A stretch of DNA of 63,930 bases, filler included, from Reticulomyxa filosa (lineage: Eukaryota > Protista > Foraminifera), in the NCBI GenBank assembly GCA_000512085.1. It is 26 parts of 26 records of this genome, joined end to end, with 100 filler letters (N's around TTAATTAATTAA, not from the genome) between each part and the next. Parts side by side here need not be neighbours in the genome. Positions count along the whole stretch, not along the records: positions 26,043 to 28,233 come from ASPP01036411.1; positions 28,334 to 29,950 come from ASPP01013819.1; positions 30,051 to 31,086 come from ASPP01034301.1; positions 31,187 to 32,968 come from ASPP01026062.1; positions 33,069 to 35,502 come from ASPP01011066.1; positions 35,603 to 36,602 come from ASPP01046423.1; positions 36,703 to 38,250 come from ASPP01041465.1; positions 38,351 to 40,954 come from ASPP01017262.1; 18 more parts are not named here. The stretch is one strand, 5' to 3'. Of the stretch, positions 25,943 through 39,099 are shown piece after piece. A model generated the notes under the pieces. The model searched no databases, had not been told where the DNA came from, and saw nothing but the letters and a program-made list of their open reading frames with translations. Numbering within the stretch: position 1 is the stretch's first letter; each line of letters begins with the position of its first letter. The position numbers were made by a program, and so were the translations under genes.

Positions 25943-26942
25943 NNNNNNNNNNNNNNNNNNNNNNNNNNNNNNNNNNNNNNNNNNNNTTAATTAATTAANN
26001 NNNNNNNNNNNNNNNNNNNNNNNNNNNNNNNNNNNNNNNNNNTGATATTGGAATATGTATGATGAAAATGAAATGACCTCCGAAATTGTGGTGCTTATCG
26101 ATCGAATCATTGCCGACAATATATCCTTACTTACATCCAAATTGGCCAGCGTGGAGATGCTTATATTATTGATTCATCGACGACATGAAAAGAATATCAA
26201 TGCTATCAAAGGTAGCAATGTTAAAATCATTGGTACTATGATCTCTTCTTTCATCCAGTATCACACTGAAATAAAAATAGTAATGATGAACAACGGAAAT
26301 GATTATCAGAACGATAATTACAATAGCAATGACAATCCTTTGAACAGTGAAATGCAGACCAATTATGAACAAAAGATTGGATAGCAGTATAAATTCTCTG
26401 TATTGCAATTCTTGGAACAAACAATGATATTACTTTTGTAATGGTGGAAGTGATTCTGATCAGAATGGATTGTGTTTAAGCAAATGGCTACATTGAACAT
26501 GGATTGTGAAGGAGATAGACGCTCGCTTGGATCACAAGAGCAAATCTGTCAATCATCAGCACACAAACAAGCCTTTTGTGAATATTCATGCATTTTCATT
26601 TGCTTACCAACCATTATTCTTCTTATCGCTTTGAAGCTGTCGAAAACAAATAAGAATTATGTAATACTGTTGCCGCTACACACAAAAAGAAGTCATCTAA
26701 AAATGATTTGGTGAATAAAAAGTGCTCGAGATTATATCGCTTAATGCTACAATTTTGATAATATTTATACTACAAAGTACTATTTCAATGATTTGCTGCT
26801 TTCTGTGCTTCAGAAACAAGCACTTCCAGCACCGGAAGTGGATAGACTTGATCTAATAAAAGTAACTACGTATTTACTAAAACTTATAATTGAAGATATT
26901 GAAAATTGATTTGCAACGAGCAAACAATTTGAAGAATCAATT

Positions 26943-27175
26943 TGTAGGGCAAGTCCCTATTATAAGTATCTGAACGTCAAGGGAACGGAGGAATCCCCAG
27001 TATGTTAAACTTCATCAACAACTACTTCTTACTTTCTTACTTTTCTTTACTTTTCTTTTGTTATCTTGTATTATTTAAATTACTTTCGTTTTACGAAACT
27101 CCGATTCTCTTCTAAGTAAACACCTCTCGTATTACAGTTAGTGCACCAATACTATCAGCAGACGTCTCACAAATT
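26943..27175 (+). mobile_element. Copy of the LTR-like TGTAG...TATTACA interspersed element plus about 40 nt of adjoining internal sequence
   Basis: 26943-27136 aligns by eye end-to-end with 52437-52637 (TGTAGGGCAAGT..TATAA..T-rich..CTCGTATTACA). Both continue GTTAGT..AGCAGACGTC(T/C)CACA. Confidence 0.7.
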
Positions 27176-28339
27176 GATCAATATCTCAAGAATTCGTGCC
27201 GTCATATTTACAATTGGATTTCATTGTTAAGTGAACATGTTCGGGTATATTAGCTTCTTTGTCATTTCAACTTCGAAATATATTAATTGCTTTTGATGAC
27301 AATCTTAAAATTCTTAAATAAAATGATTTAATATTTTTTTTTTTTGGATTACGTGTCAAAACAATCCGTTGTTCAGTTTATCTATATTTCATTTAGAATG
27401 ATTGGAATATAATTTTATTTTGTTCAAGCAAAGTTTTTTTTCACAAAAGATTCAAAATTTAGAAAACCTTTCACTAACATTCAATTTTGCATTTAAAAGC
27501 ACAAACAAAAAAAATCGTTAAAAAAAAAAGAAGGAAATAAGATTGTGCGAAGATCAAGGAACCAAAGATCGAAATGCGCAATGAAATGGCAAGACATGTG
27601 GCAATGGATGTATGAATCTTGGGCTCGCAAACGCGAAGTGTTGAACCACATTCAGCCGAAATTGCACACTTGAACGATGAGATCTTTCAGATGCTGATCA
27701 ATTTTTGAAAACACACAAGAACAAGGAAGGGGCGGTGGGCATGTCATGAACCAGAAAAAGTCTATGGCCTATTTGCCAGAGTCTGAACGACAGTCTTTGA
27801 TTGATTGGATTCGACTCAAACTTAAAACGTTGGCCAACATTTCAAGCTTGGAATTCACTTCTTTGTATGGAACACGTTGCATATATGTCATTAGCGCCAT
27901 CGCCATCATCAGCGTGGACAACAGTCATTTGAGTAGCAAAATTAGACAAATTGGATATTTTGACTTTTTAAAGGGAATACAAACATTCAATCAAATGAAA
28001 GATAAACTTATTACGCAGCAACAGTTAGATAAGTGGATGTCCACCAGTAAAATGCGCTTCATAATCATCAAATTGGAAACTTCCAATCTTTTTTTTTTCT
28101 CCTGGAACTACAATTCGACAATTAATCACACATCTCGAAAACAATATCGATCCCAATTTGAAAATATGGATCATACTTTTGATTTGCTGTAGTTAAACAA
28201 GTCAATGTGAGTGCAATCGAAATAAGATTATTTNNNNNNNNNNNNNNNNNNNNNNNNNNNNNNNNNNNNNNNNNNNNTTAATTAATTAANNNNNNNNNNN
28301 NNNNNNNNNNNNNNNNNNNNNNNNNNNNNNNNNTATAAA

Positions 28340-28376
<37 letters not shown>

Positions 28377-28386
28377 TTTTACAAAA

Positions 28387-28900
28387 CTCCAGCGGTTGCG
28401 TACACCGGTATGAGCACAAATAGTCCCACTGGTAACGCGTACAAACATATGCATAAACATGTGTCCAAAAACATTCGCAACATCAAACTGTCAATGCCAC
28501 AATGATAATAAAATTCCGGATACGTCATCGTGCAAATTTGACGGATCCACTTTAACGCTGATGTTTGGTTTATGTCGGGACTGTTACACACATACGCATA
28601 CACACACACACACACACACAAGATCAATAAATCAGCCTTTTTTTTACGTTTCTCTTCTTTTCAAGCAAATAACAATAAAATTGGGCAAAACTGTGTCATA
28701 TGGTCGCCGGTCGATTTTGATGCTCTTCTCACCTCTATTGATGGATATCTCTTTCGTAACCAACAGAACACTAAAAACAAAAACGACGTTATTGTAAAGT
28801 CCGAATAAAGCAAGGACAAAAACTGATTTGACACTGCTGTGGAATTAACAGACAAGCCATTGCTACTATTGCTCTCATTTGGCTGGCTAGTTGTTGTCAT
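28387..28900 (-). CDS. OSCA/TMEM63/CSC1-family channel, N-terminal two exons
   Basis: FLFLVFCWLRKRYPSI..(intron 28691-28581)..HPDINQTSALKWIRQICTMTYPEFYYHCGIDSLMLRMFL..FVLIPVYATAG matches the RSN1_TM pattern (F..LR, WI, GlDA..flRf, vLlPv). Confidence 0.8.
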
Positions 28901-29378
28901 GATTTTGATTTTTGTATATGTTCTGACCCCGCAAAATTTCGTGCATTTTTCTTTTTTTAAGCTCCAACTTCACGAAAACGAAATGCAATTCACTAATTTG
29001 AATAATTCCACGTTTCACCGGTTTGTGACAAGTGTCGTTTTCCTGCACGTTGCTATTAGTATTGTTGGAATTACAGTTAAAAAGTCGTGTTTATCAAATA
29101 CTAAAGCTAAGTTTTATTTTTTTTTTTTAAAAAAATTTCCCAAATAACTAAATTTTTAAGTAAAAATAGCCAAGTACCCTAAGGTAAAGCTATTGAAATA
29201 CTGTAAGCTTTAATATGGAAAGTTTGGTGATCCTTGGTAGATAGAAGTACTCTTTGAAAGATTTCAAAAGCCAAAAAAAAAAAAAAAAGCAGACGTGTGT
29301 TTAGCACGACAACTTTGTAAATTTTTTTTTTTTTTCTTGGGTGATCCTTTCCTCCCCAGACAACGAAAGGTATAGAAG

Positions 29379-29950
29379 ATGATAATGCTAAACGGGCACC
29401 TTCGACATAATTTTCGACGTTTTTCCTGTGGAGCGAGTTTTTCCACAGGTGACTGTTACTATTCGGTGTTAGGAGTGTCGAGGTCGTCGAGCGAGCAGCA
29501 AATCCGAGCAGCGTACATAAAGTTGGCAAAGCAGTGGCACCCCGACATAAACAAGGACGCGCACGCGAACAACAAGTTTGCGTTGATAAATGAAGCATAC
29601 CAAACACTGTCAGATGAGAATAAGAAGTCTTTGTACGATCGAACAATGAAGGGCAATGAAAGAGAGACATGGACAAGACCAAGGAGCAGCGGGCCATTTT
29701 CGTATTCGCCGAAAGCAGATAATTGGTGGGAATTTGATTTTGATAAGGAGATGACGGGGCAAGGCAAAAGACAAAGGACGAGCAACAATGATAATGATAG
29801 TGCACATGGTCATTGGGACTTTGGTGTCCATGAAAAGAACGGCAAAAAGCCGTATAAAAAATGGAATAGCGAAAAGTTGTGGGAAAGTTTTGAGTTTGAC
29901 GCTAGCGAATTTCAAGACCCATTTCCATCTCACGCATCAAGAAAAAAAAA
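29379..29950 (+). CDS. DnaJ/Hsp40 J-domain protein, possibly mitochondrion-targeted; 3' partial
   Basis: YYSVLGVSRSSSEQQIRAAYIKLAKQWHPDINK..KFALINEAYQTLSDENKKSLYD (HPD motif). The N-terminus is Arg/Ser-rich and acid-free. Confidence 0.93.
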
Positions 29951-30729
29951 NNNNNNNNNNNNNNNNNNNNNNNNNNNNNNNNNNNNNNNNNNNNTTAATT
30001 AATTAANNNNNNNNNNNNNNNNNNNNNNNNNNNNNNNNNNNNNNNNNNNNGGGATAATGTGCTGTTTTGTCGAATAAGAAATGAAATTTTTTTTTTGAAA
30101 TGTTTGATTGAAGGAAAGTAAGGTGGTATCAAACTTGTTTGATTTGATTGAATGATGTTTTATTTTATTTTGTTGTTTAAAAAATTTGAAAAAGCTACGT
30201 TTTAAAGAGTTAAAAAGCATAATAAATAAGACCTGTATCAAATATCAAAATAAGTTGCAAAAGTATTTTAAGTATTGCGTTTTCTTCAATACTAATTTTT
30301 TAAATTGTTTTTTTAATGTCTATTTGCCATTGTTTTTTGTATAGTATTGAACACTCAAAGCTGGACAAAATAAAAGGACAGCAGTTTGCATTATCAAAAA
30401 CAATATTTTCTTTTGAAGCAGGATATGAATAATCAATAATTCAAAAGAACGCAATTAGATGAAAAGATCCTTTTAATATCAGGAATAGTTTATCTTAAGA
30501 TAGCTCTCTCTAAGCTGTGGCTGTATGCAAAGCGAATATATTCTTCATGATATCATATTTTATATCCATTTACATCACTCTAAAAACAAAAACGTTGAAA
30601 AAGTATTATTTAAAGAATCCGTTTACATTTAATCCTTACGTTTTTGGCAACATGATATTTTTAATGAAGAAAAAAAAAAGATAAATCAAAAAGCTTTATT
30701 AACATACAATCGACTGCAAAAAAAAGACT

Positions 30730-30862
30730 GATCTTGATGCTAAGCGCATTGTCACATTAATGGATCGTTCTGTTTCTAAAATTAAGAATATAATTAAACG
30801 ACTGAAAAAAAATAATTTTGAATATCGTAAAATTGGAAGCGGGCGTCCTAGAAAAACAACAA
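30730..30862 (+). mobile_element. Remnant of a Tc1/mariner transposase N-terminal HTH
   Basis: DLDAKRIVTLMDRSVSKIKNIIKRLKKNNFEYRKIGSGRPRKTT: an HTH followed by the GRPR AT-hook-like linker typical of Tc1/mariner; no continuation. Confidence 0.55.
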
Positions 30863-31254
30863 TAAAAAAATAAAACGTGTAATGTTTTTTACTTTAATAC
30901 AAGAACGAATCTTCAACTTTTTTAAAAATTTTCAAAAAATGAACAAAAACATTAACGATTTTTGCATGGTTTTCTACACTTTTATCAAAAACCAAAGACA
31001 TTTTTAGATTTTACAAGATGTCTAGATATATATATCATTTTAAAAAAAGATTTTAATTTTTCATTAATAAAATTGCAAATGTTTCANNNNNNNNNNNNNN
31101 NNNNNNNNNNNNNNNNNNNNNNNNNNNNNNTTAATTAATTAANNNNNNNNNNNNNNNNNNNNNNNNNNNNNNNNNNNNNNNNNNNNTCGTATATAAACTT
31201 ATTGATATTTATTGATAATTTTTTTTTTTTGGAGTAAAAAAAAAATAAAGTTTG

Positions 31255-31967
31255 GTAACTTTCTAAGGCTATTCGGATATTGATCCATTGGACTTGTAAA
31301 TGGTCCATTTTACGCTTTATGGCGTCCTTCTCAGAATCGTTGTGAGATAGGCCTTTCAATATGTCGTATTTTTTTAAAACTCAATTTCAATGTCCTCCAA
31401 ATTCAAGCTATTAAAGTGGTAGTCGATGATCCCTGCGATCATGTCTCCTGTGGAGTCAATACCGCAACAATATGCAAATTTAAATAAACTGAAAGACTTT
31501 ATGATTCGTAGCGTGTCAATGAATACTGTATAGTTTTGACAAAACATCAATGATATCACACAGCACAACATCAAAAAGTAAACTATTAGAAACTCGGGTC
31601 ATGCCACTGAGGCTTTATTGATTATTATCAAATATATGTATGCTTGTATGGAAATTAATGCACATACTACTTTTTTTTTTGCACTTCCTCAAAAGCTATT
31701 GAAAGTTCTTGCTGACTCAACTTTAAAATTTCGTCTTTGTGTTTTTTTGTCTTTTTGAATCCAATTCAATACAATGAATGCTACATTTGCAATCAAATCC
31801 AAAAACTTTCCTGCGTTTACAAACATTTGTCCTTTGGAGAAATGCGGTAGTGAACCCTCCAAGAAGTCGTATACTTCTTTACGTGCTCTTTTTTCTTTTG
31901 ATGGCACCAGATCTTGGAAATCAAAATGTTGGGCGGGTTTTGCATTTGTCTTCTTTTCTTCTTCCAT
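31255..31967 (-). pseudogene. Unknown gene with broken reading frames
   Basis: ATG at 31967, then three short consecutive ORFs separated by stops or frameshifts and one probable intron. Confidence 0.3.
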
Positions 31968-32372
31968 TGTGCTAAAATGTCTTTTTGCTGCTCAAGCAAA
32001 TTTGTTTTTTAAAAAAAACAAGCCCTTGGACACTAATAAAATGAAAGGAACAGCATCAAACTGATGAAATAAAATCCAATGTTACATATGTATATATTTT
32101 TTTTTAAATGAGAAAGAATAATTATTGATATTTACTTACTTGTTTGTTCTCAAACAATTATTAAGATCCTTGTACCGGATCACTCTGTTTTTTTTTAAAG
32201 TATGTGGACTTTTATTTCGGAGTAAAATAAGGCAAACGCCTTTCCGAATTGAAAAGTCAAAAATAAAAAATGAAATACAATTCCTTCTTCTATCTTGAAG
32301 AAAAACAACAATCTGAAAAGATTTTTGAACGGCGAGTCAGAATAGACATAATGTGATCTATAAAAAAAAAGA

Positions 32373-32968
32373 TTATTTCACGCGTGAGGTAACGATAATC
32401 GAATAGTAGTCCAACGGCAAAATGTCAGTGATTTTGTAGTGCGGGCCAATGATACTAGCCAAAGGTCGTTGATCCAAAAGTTCAAAGCGATCTTTGGTTT
32501 TCTGTCCCCATTGAAACGAAGTCTGTCCAAATTCGTCAGCGCCGTATACGTAGATCTTTTCCCCGCCGTTGCAAATGAGAAAGGTGTTCTGACAGCCAAT
32601 GACAATTTTATGGCAAGTGTCTTGATGATGAAGACTACACATGAGAATAGGCACAGTAATTAACTGAGAAAATTTTTTATCAAACGATATTTCGTAACAT
32701 GCATTGGAGCCAAATCCATATAATTCGTTGTTTCGAGTTAGTAGCAGAGTGTGGTTAAATCCGCATTGGATACGAGCAATGTTGTGAAAATGCGTTATAA
32801 TTTTGCAAATGTCATTGTCATTGTTATTGTCATTGGTATCAATATTTCCTGTGGGATTGCTATCTGGAATTACGAGTGAGTTGTCGCCAATGGCGATCAG
32901 CACATTTGCACGTTTGTCAAGCAACATGCAATGTCTGGCACCACAGCTGTATTCATCGACATTCACTC
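32373..32968 (-). CDS. RCC1-repeat protein, C-terminal part
   Basis: SCGARHCMLL..AIGDNS; IQCGFNHTLLLTRNNELYGFGSN; IVIGCQNTFLI..IYVYGADEFGQ. Confidence 0.88.
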
Positions 32969-33166
32969 NNNNNNNNNNNNNNNNNNNNNNNNNNNNNNNN
33001 NNNNNNNNNNNNTTAATTAATTAANNNNNNNNNNNNNNNNNNNNNNNNNNNNNNNNNNNNNNNNNNNNATTTTTTCCGTTCTCCCTCCAAATTTTTTGAA
33101 CGGAGTTATATTGTCTGCTATTTTCTCTTGCCTCTTTCCAAAAAAAAAAACAAAAAAAAAAACAAA

Positions 33167-34152
33167 CTATGAAAATACATTAAAATGCTCGAGGATGTCA
33201 TCACAAAGATAAAATCTTTGTATGTTATGATGGTATTCATTTATAATGAATGGCATTGCACTAATGCGATGCACTTTAATCTCCGACATGGAACGATTCT
33301 TATGTCCGAATATATTTTGCAACGTTCGAATAATTTCATATAAGGTCATTCCGTTTGATGGGAAATGATTTGCCATCATTGCTGTGATCACTCTGTCCAT
33401 TGCTCGCTTTTTTTTTTTTTTTCTTCCTTCGTAAAAAGATTAATATTAACAGTATAAAAAAGTATACGTATATTGATTTGTGGTAGCATTATATATTCAT
33501 ATGTTGGCAATATATACATATATATACATATATTGCGAAGTTACCGTTGGAGGCAGCAAATCCTATGTAATTCAATCCACAAAATTATTATTATTGTCAA
33601 ATTTTTTTTTTTTTTGGATTGAAAAGACAAAAGGAATGTCCCCATTAATAAATTTAAAAAAAATGTCTTTGTCTTACCTTGAACATATCGACCGGTAAAT
33701 GAAGTTTATTGCACTTGTCTCCTCGATGAAGTACACTGTTGCAAAAATCGGAAATCTATGTATTGACATGTATACATATATTATTTATTTAACCAGTTAT
33801 CGATCCTCCATTCGAGTATTCCTCTCTTTCTCCATATCCAAACTTAACATCCAATAAACACATCACGAGCTCACTTCTTCGCTGCGGTTATTGTATTAAA
33901 GTAAGCAAAACATTATTACACAGAAATGTGTATCACACTTTTTTTTTTGGACAGAAAATTACAAACAAAATTTCTTACAGAATAAAAGTAAAAAAAATAT
34001 GACCGCAGATCGGAATGTGAGGGTGGATTCTCTCGATATTTTTGCATCCATTCTTTTTTAAATTTTTTCAAAGTCCATGTTGGAACAGATTGCTCCTTTC
34101 TTTTCCAGTTGTGCAGAAACAATTGTACAAATTTCTCTCCAATTGAAGCCAT
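33167..34152 (-). CDS. Multi-exon unknown protein, possibly with winged-helix-like modules
   Basis: ATG at 34152; short coding-like blocks separated by T/A-rich introns; GMTLYEIIRTLQNIFG helix pattern. Confidence 0.25.
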
Positions 34153-34689
34153 AGAGCCACAAATATATTGAAAGCAGTCGAGATTGAAAAACTTCCGACA
34201 AGTCTCACTATCTCAATTTTTGTTGAGCCTTTGATGAAAGGTTTTCTCTCAAGGGTTTTTTTCCAGTTTAAAAACGGTTTCTCTTAAAAATTTTTATTCA
34301 CATTATAGTGATACTATTTTGTTTTCTTTGAGCTCTTCAGTTGAAGTGCTGGGAACAGTTTACTTCTGTGCAACGATCTTCTTTGACAATGAGAGTTATA
34401 AAAATGTAACTTGTGATCTTTACAAGGAAAATTGAATTGATTTCATTTAACAAATGAGTGTCAATCAATTTTGAATGACAAACAAACAAATGAACAGATA
34501 AAAAAATCAATCCATAAACTAACGAAAGACCTTCAAATTGGATTGTCGTACTGCACATTACACCTATCACTTGTTCCGGGTACCTCGGGGATGAAAGCCA
34601 AACAAAAGAAAACCAACCAAATTGGAGGAAGGAAAAAAAAAGAGCACCACGCACAAAGTCACGAGAAAAAAATTGAATACAAGAGTAAA

Positions 34690-35455
34690 TCAAAGGATGA
34701 CTACATAATTGCCAGGGAACCAGCCTCTGTTTGTCTCTTCACCTTCAACATGACCATATAGCCAACCGTCTTTAGGATCGTTGATAATTGTCAATATCGT
34801 TTCTTTTTTGAAAGTAAGCTCATCTGAGCGATATCCTCCATCGTAATCAAACAATGCAGCAGCTAATTTTGTTGGCGGATTCGAATAAAGTGGTGATGAT
34901 GATGTTTGTTCTTCGTTGCCAGGAGTTTGGTGCGGTCCAAAAAGAGACAGTTTGGTTTCCTGTGCATAGAGCAAGTGTAGGGTTTATTGGATTTGTTTTT
35001 TGTAATCAAACAATGATAATAAAAGATATGAGAGAATGAGAACAAAACATGAGTTTGAATGATTTGCGACAAATATTTGTTCAATGTTCTGAAGGCCTCC
35101 ATTTGAAGTTTTGTGGATTCAATGACTTTCTTCTGGACATCGTCAAATTGAGAGGACATTTCTGACGTGCAAAGAGCATCACAATATATGACATCAGAGA
35201 AGACAAGCCAATAATTAAAATAAAGCAAAAAACAGAATTAAACCTTGTGCTTTTGAAATCTCTCCTGCTCTGGAAATTTCAAGAACTTGTTGAATCAGGC
35301 CTTCGTTTTCATTAGCCAAAGAGTCGACATTACCTTGCAATTTCCCAATTTCCTCATGGAAATGTTCACAAGCCAATGTTACTTTTTGATTGTGCACTGA
35401 TATGGCCGGATACAGGGGTTGAGGTAGGCCCAGATCCAATTTCTCTTCTTCTAAT
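34690..35455 (-). CDS. Helical/coiled-coil protein with C-terminal SH3 domain; 5' partial
   Basis: Introns 35243-35162 and 35048-34960 give a continuous frame ending ALFDYDGGYRSDELTFKKETILTIINDPKDGWLYGHVEGEETNRGWFPGNYV. Confidence 0.9.
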
Positions 35456-36475
35456 TACATACATATGAAAAAAAAAAAAAAAAAAAAAAACGATGTACAT
35501 GCNNNNNNNNNNNNNNNNNNNNNNNNNNNNNNNNNNNNNNNNNNNNTTAATTAATTAANNNNNNNNNNNNNNNNNNNNNNNNNNNNNNNNNNNNNNNNNN
35601 NNTGGATGAATTTTGCGAAAAAGAACATTCCGAGGATACTACGTTGAATTTGTTTTAAAAAGAAAAAAAGATCGCCCGTCCACTCTATTTTCATTATGAA
35701 ATGGCTCTTCACACTCGCGGGTGGCGACTTTGCGCACTCTAAGGCATGGATTAATTTTACATAATGCGCACCCAATGGAAGCCTCTTGACGGGTGTGACA
35801 ATGTTAAGAGCAGTGCCAATGATTCTTATGATGGTAGCGACGAAATGCAATCCGTGCTATCTTTTACTCATTCGCCAATTATTTCAACACATTGACGCCT
35901 GGTGTGTGAGCGCCAATACTTGGGTATCACTGCTGTATTCCATCATTTGATTTGGTGTGAGTGGGAGAGCTAATGTTATTGCACATTTGTTACAAAAAGT
36001 AACAACGTCGTGCCAATCAACAATTGGATCGACGAGTCAAAAGTCCCTCCATTATTTAGGAATCAAGAAAAAAGCTTGGATATTATCAATGTGTGGTGGC
36101 GCTGGGCCTGCTGAGTGGAACGTAGACAATATTTCACGTCAGCAGTCGAGTCTCTCCTTTACACATAGGCTTGTTTTTATTTGGTTGGTCATTTATGTGC
36201 CTGTTCCAAATTCATGTTACCTGTGTTATAATCGTGCTTGAGTCCGTTGCTTGAAAAGGTCTTTTATATGTACATTTTTTAAAAATATGTGCATATTCAA
36301 TAACTAATAGGAACACAACATCTTTATACGTATATTGATTATTTTTATGTATGTGACATGTGTTTCTTGAAATGTTTAAATAGATATTTCAAGGTGTATC
36401 AATAAAGTTTTGGAGATGGATACGTTTTTGCTGTTTACATTGCCATTTGTGCTGTAGCGAGTTCCCAGCAATAAT

Positions 36476-36535
36476 GGCAATGATGGCAATAGTGCGGCAA
36501 CGGCAATGATGGCAATAGTGCGGCAACGGCAATGA
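36476..36535. repeat. 26-bp tandem duplication (2.3 copies)
   Basis: ggcaatgatggcaatagtgcggcaac twice, plus a partial third. Confidence 0.85.
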
Positions 36536-38350
36536 AAGTAAAAGTGGCAACCTCATGATCGAATTGTTGCTGAGGGAAATTCAATATATCGCCGAATCAT
36601 GGNNNNNNNNNNNNNNNNNNNNNNNNNNNNNNNNNNNNNNNNNNNNTTAATTAATTAANNNNNNNNNNNNNNNNNNNNNNNNNNNNNNNNNNNNNNNNNN
36701 NNGACACGGATAAAGTTTGTTTTGGTCTTTTTTCAATTTAATTATGTTAAAATTAGTGATAATATTACTATGTTTCAAATGGCAGTATCTAAAGATGTTG
36801 TTTAATATTTTTCAATATTTTTTAAAACAATATTGTCATTAAAATTGGCTTTTCCTAAAAAAAAATTCTACATGACAATTTTTGGTTGAAGAACATAATT
36901 CCGACAAAGGAAACAAGATGAAAGGGTTTAATGTAGTTTTATTTTATAATTTATGTTGTTTACATTAGCACTTTGAATAATAGAAAAAGTCAATAAAGAG
37001 ATAATGGATATTATTTGTAAAATGTGTATTTGTGTTATTTTTGGATTTGATGGAACATTTTACAAATTTTAAAAATAACAATAATGAAAGGCATTTTTAT
37101 AATCGTTTCAATTTAAATGAATGGAATGCAAAAACAATAGCAACATTGAAAAATTATCCAAATTTAATAGAATAATGGAAGAACTATTGTTGCTTCGAAA
37201 GATAATGAAATAATATCAAAATCACAAATGTATGAAGCATTCAATAAACAATGGATTGATATTCTGTTGAAAACATTTCAAATAAATTATCAACATTTGG
37301 CATTTGAATGTTTATTCAAAGAAATCAAGATGCAACAGAAAATGATTCAAAAATTTGAAGGATGTACACAAATTTCATCGGATATTCTAAAGTTATTTCA
37401 TATTCAAATGACAAAACTATTAAATAAACAGATCATTAAATTTTTTAAATGAATTTGCATAATTTTGTTTAGAATAACAGTTCAATCTTTCAAAAAAACT
37501 GTGTTTGACTCAAAAGAAGATAAGGATCTTCATCCCGTCTTCGTGTAAATTTTTTTAAAAGAGAATTTTCAATTTGCAATAGACTCTAAAAAAAGGGATG
37601 AAATTTTATTATCATGTATATATTTCTTGTTTGTCGTTGATTTTTGAAATTATGCTATATCTCATTTGTCTATTTTTAGCTTATTATTATATGTTGAAAT
37701 TTATCACATTTCCATTGCATCAAATGTTTTCTAAAGCGTTTGAAATAATGTAGGATTTTGTTATGTTAATCACATTTATTTCACATAACACAACAAAACA
37801 AATACAAATGTTTTGTGGATATCTATTTGAAATATCTTATCATACAATTCAACAGTTTATGATTTTCATTTCTTAAAAGGGTACTTTGCAACAAATAATC
37901 TTTTGGAATAAAGATTTGAATACTCTTTTTTGTTATCACAAGAAAGTTCAGTTTTGTTATAGTATTTTTATTTTGATTTGCTTTTGAACAAAAAAATCTT
38001 CACATAGGAAGTTCTTCTACTTTAGCATTAAAAAAAGGGAACTACATCCTCCATTTAATTATCCGCTCATCAAAAAACAGAATTTTTTCTTAAAATGTAA
38101 TAATTTTGCACATATTTCTTTTTTTTAAATTTATCAGTCTCTATCCGTTTTTCAAAAAAGACTTTTTTTTTGGGTAAAAATTCAACCCCCAAAACTTTTT
38201 TTTAAGGCTTCAATTGATCATTATTTATAAAATAAAAAAGATAATGAAGCNNNNNNNNNNNNNNNNNNNNNNNNNNNNNNNNNNNNNNNNNNNNTTAATT
38301 AATTAANNNNNNNNNNNNNNNNNNNNNNNNNNNNNNNNNNNNNNNNNNNN

Positions 38351-38388
<38 letters not shown>

Positions 38389-38425
38389 AGGGTACACATG
38401 AATCTGCCCAAGAAAGGGGTAAACA

Positions 38426-39067
38426 ATGTCTGGTGAGTTGGGAACAAATATGAGAGCATGCATATAAAAAAAAAAATAGGTCTTGCGTAGTGTGATGCAC
38501 ATGTTTGTAATTACGCATTTCTAACATATGATGTATGTGTGAAGGAGATATGGAATATGCAATAAATATGTATACATATATACATATATACATATATGTA
38601 CACTCAAAAAAAGATTTAAAACCTGTCGGAGTGGCACATTTGACGTTGCAATATGAACCTCCAGTTCGAGGCTGCGAGCTGAAGCCGTTTATGCTGCTGA
38701 AATGCAAGAATGGAGAAACAATGGCGACGGACGAGTCGAGCGACATATTGTACCGTTGGTACCGTTCGGAGCAGCGCCTATGCAGCCACGAGAACTGCAA
38801 AAAACCAGCAAAGTTGCAATGTCTGTCTTGTTGCAAGTTGAAAGTGAAAATGAAAGATACGTATTTCTGCAGTCGCGAATGTATGAAGAACTCGTGGCAC
38901 ACGCATCAAAAGTTGCATGGGAAGTTTATGTTGGCCGCCGCCCAAGCCGCGAACAAAGAGCCCACGCAGTTCTTCGATTTGGATCAATGGAAAGACGATG
39001 ACGGAAATCAAGAGTTGAAAATCATCCCTCCTCGAGAAGAGACTGGCAATCGCAAAGAAGATATCAA

Positions 39068-39099
<32 letters not shown>

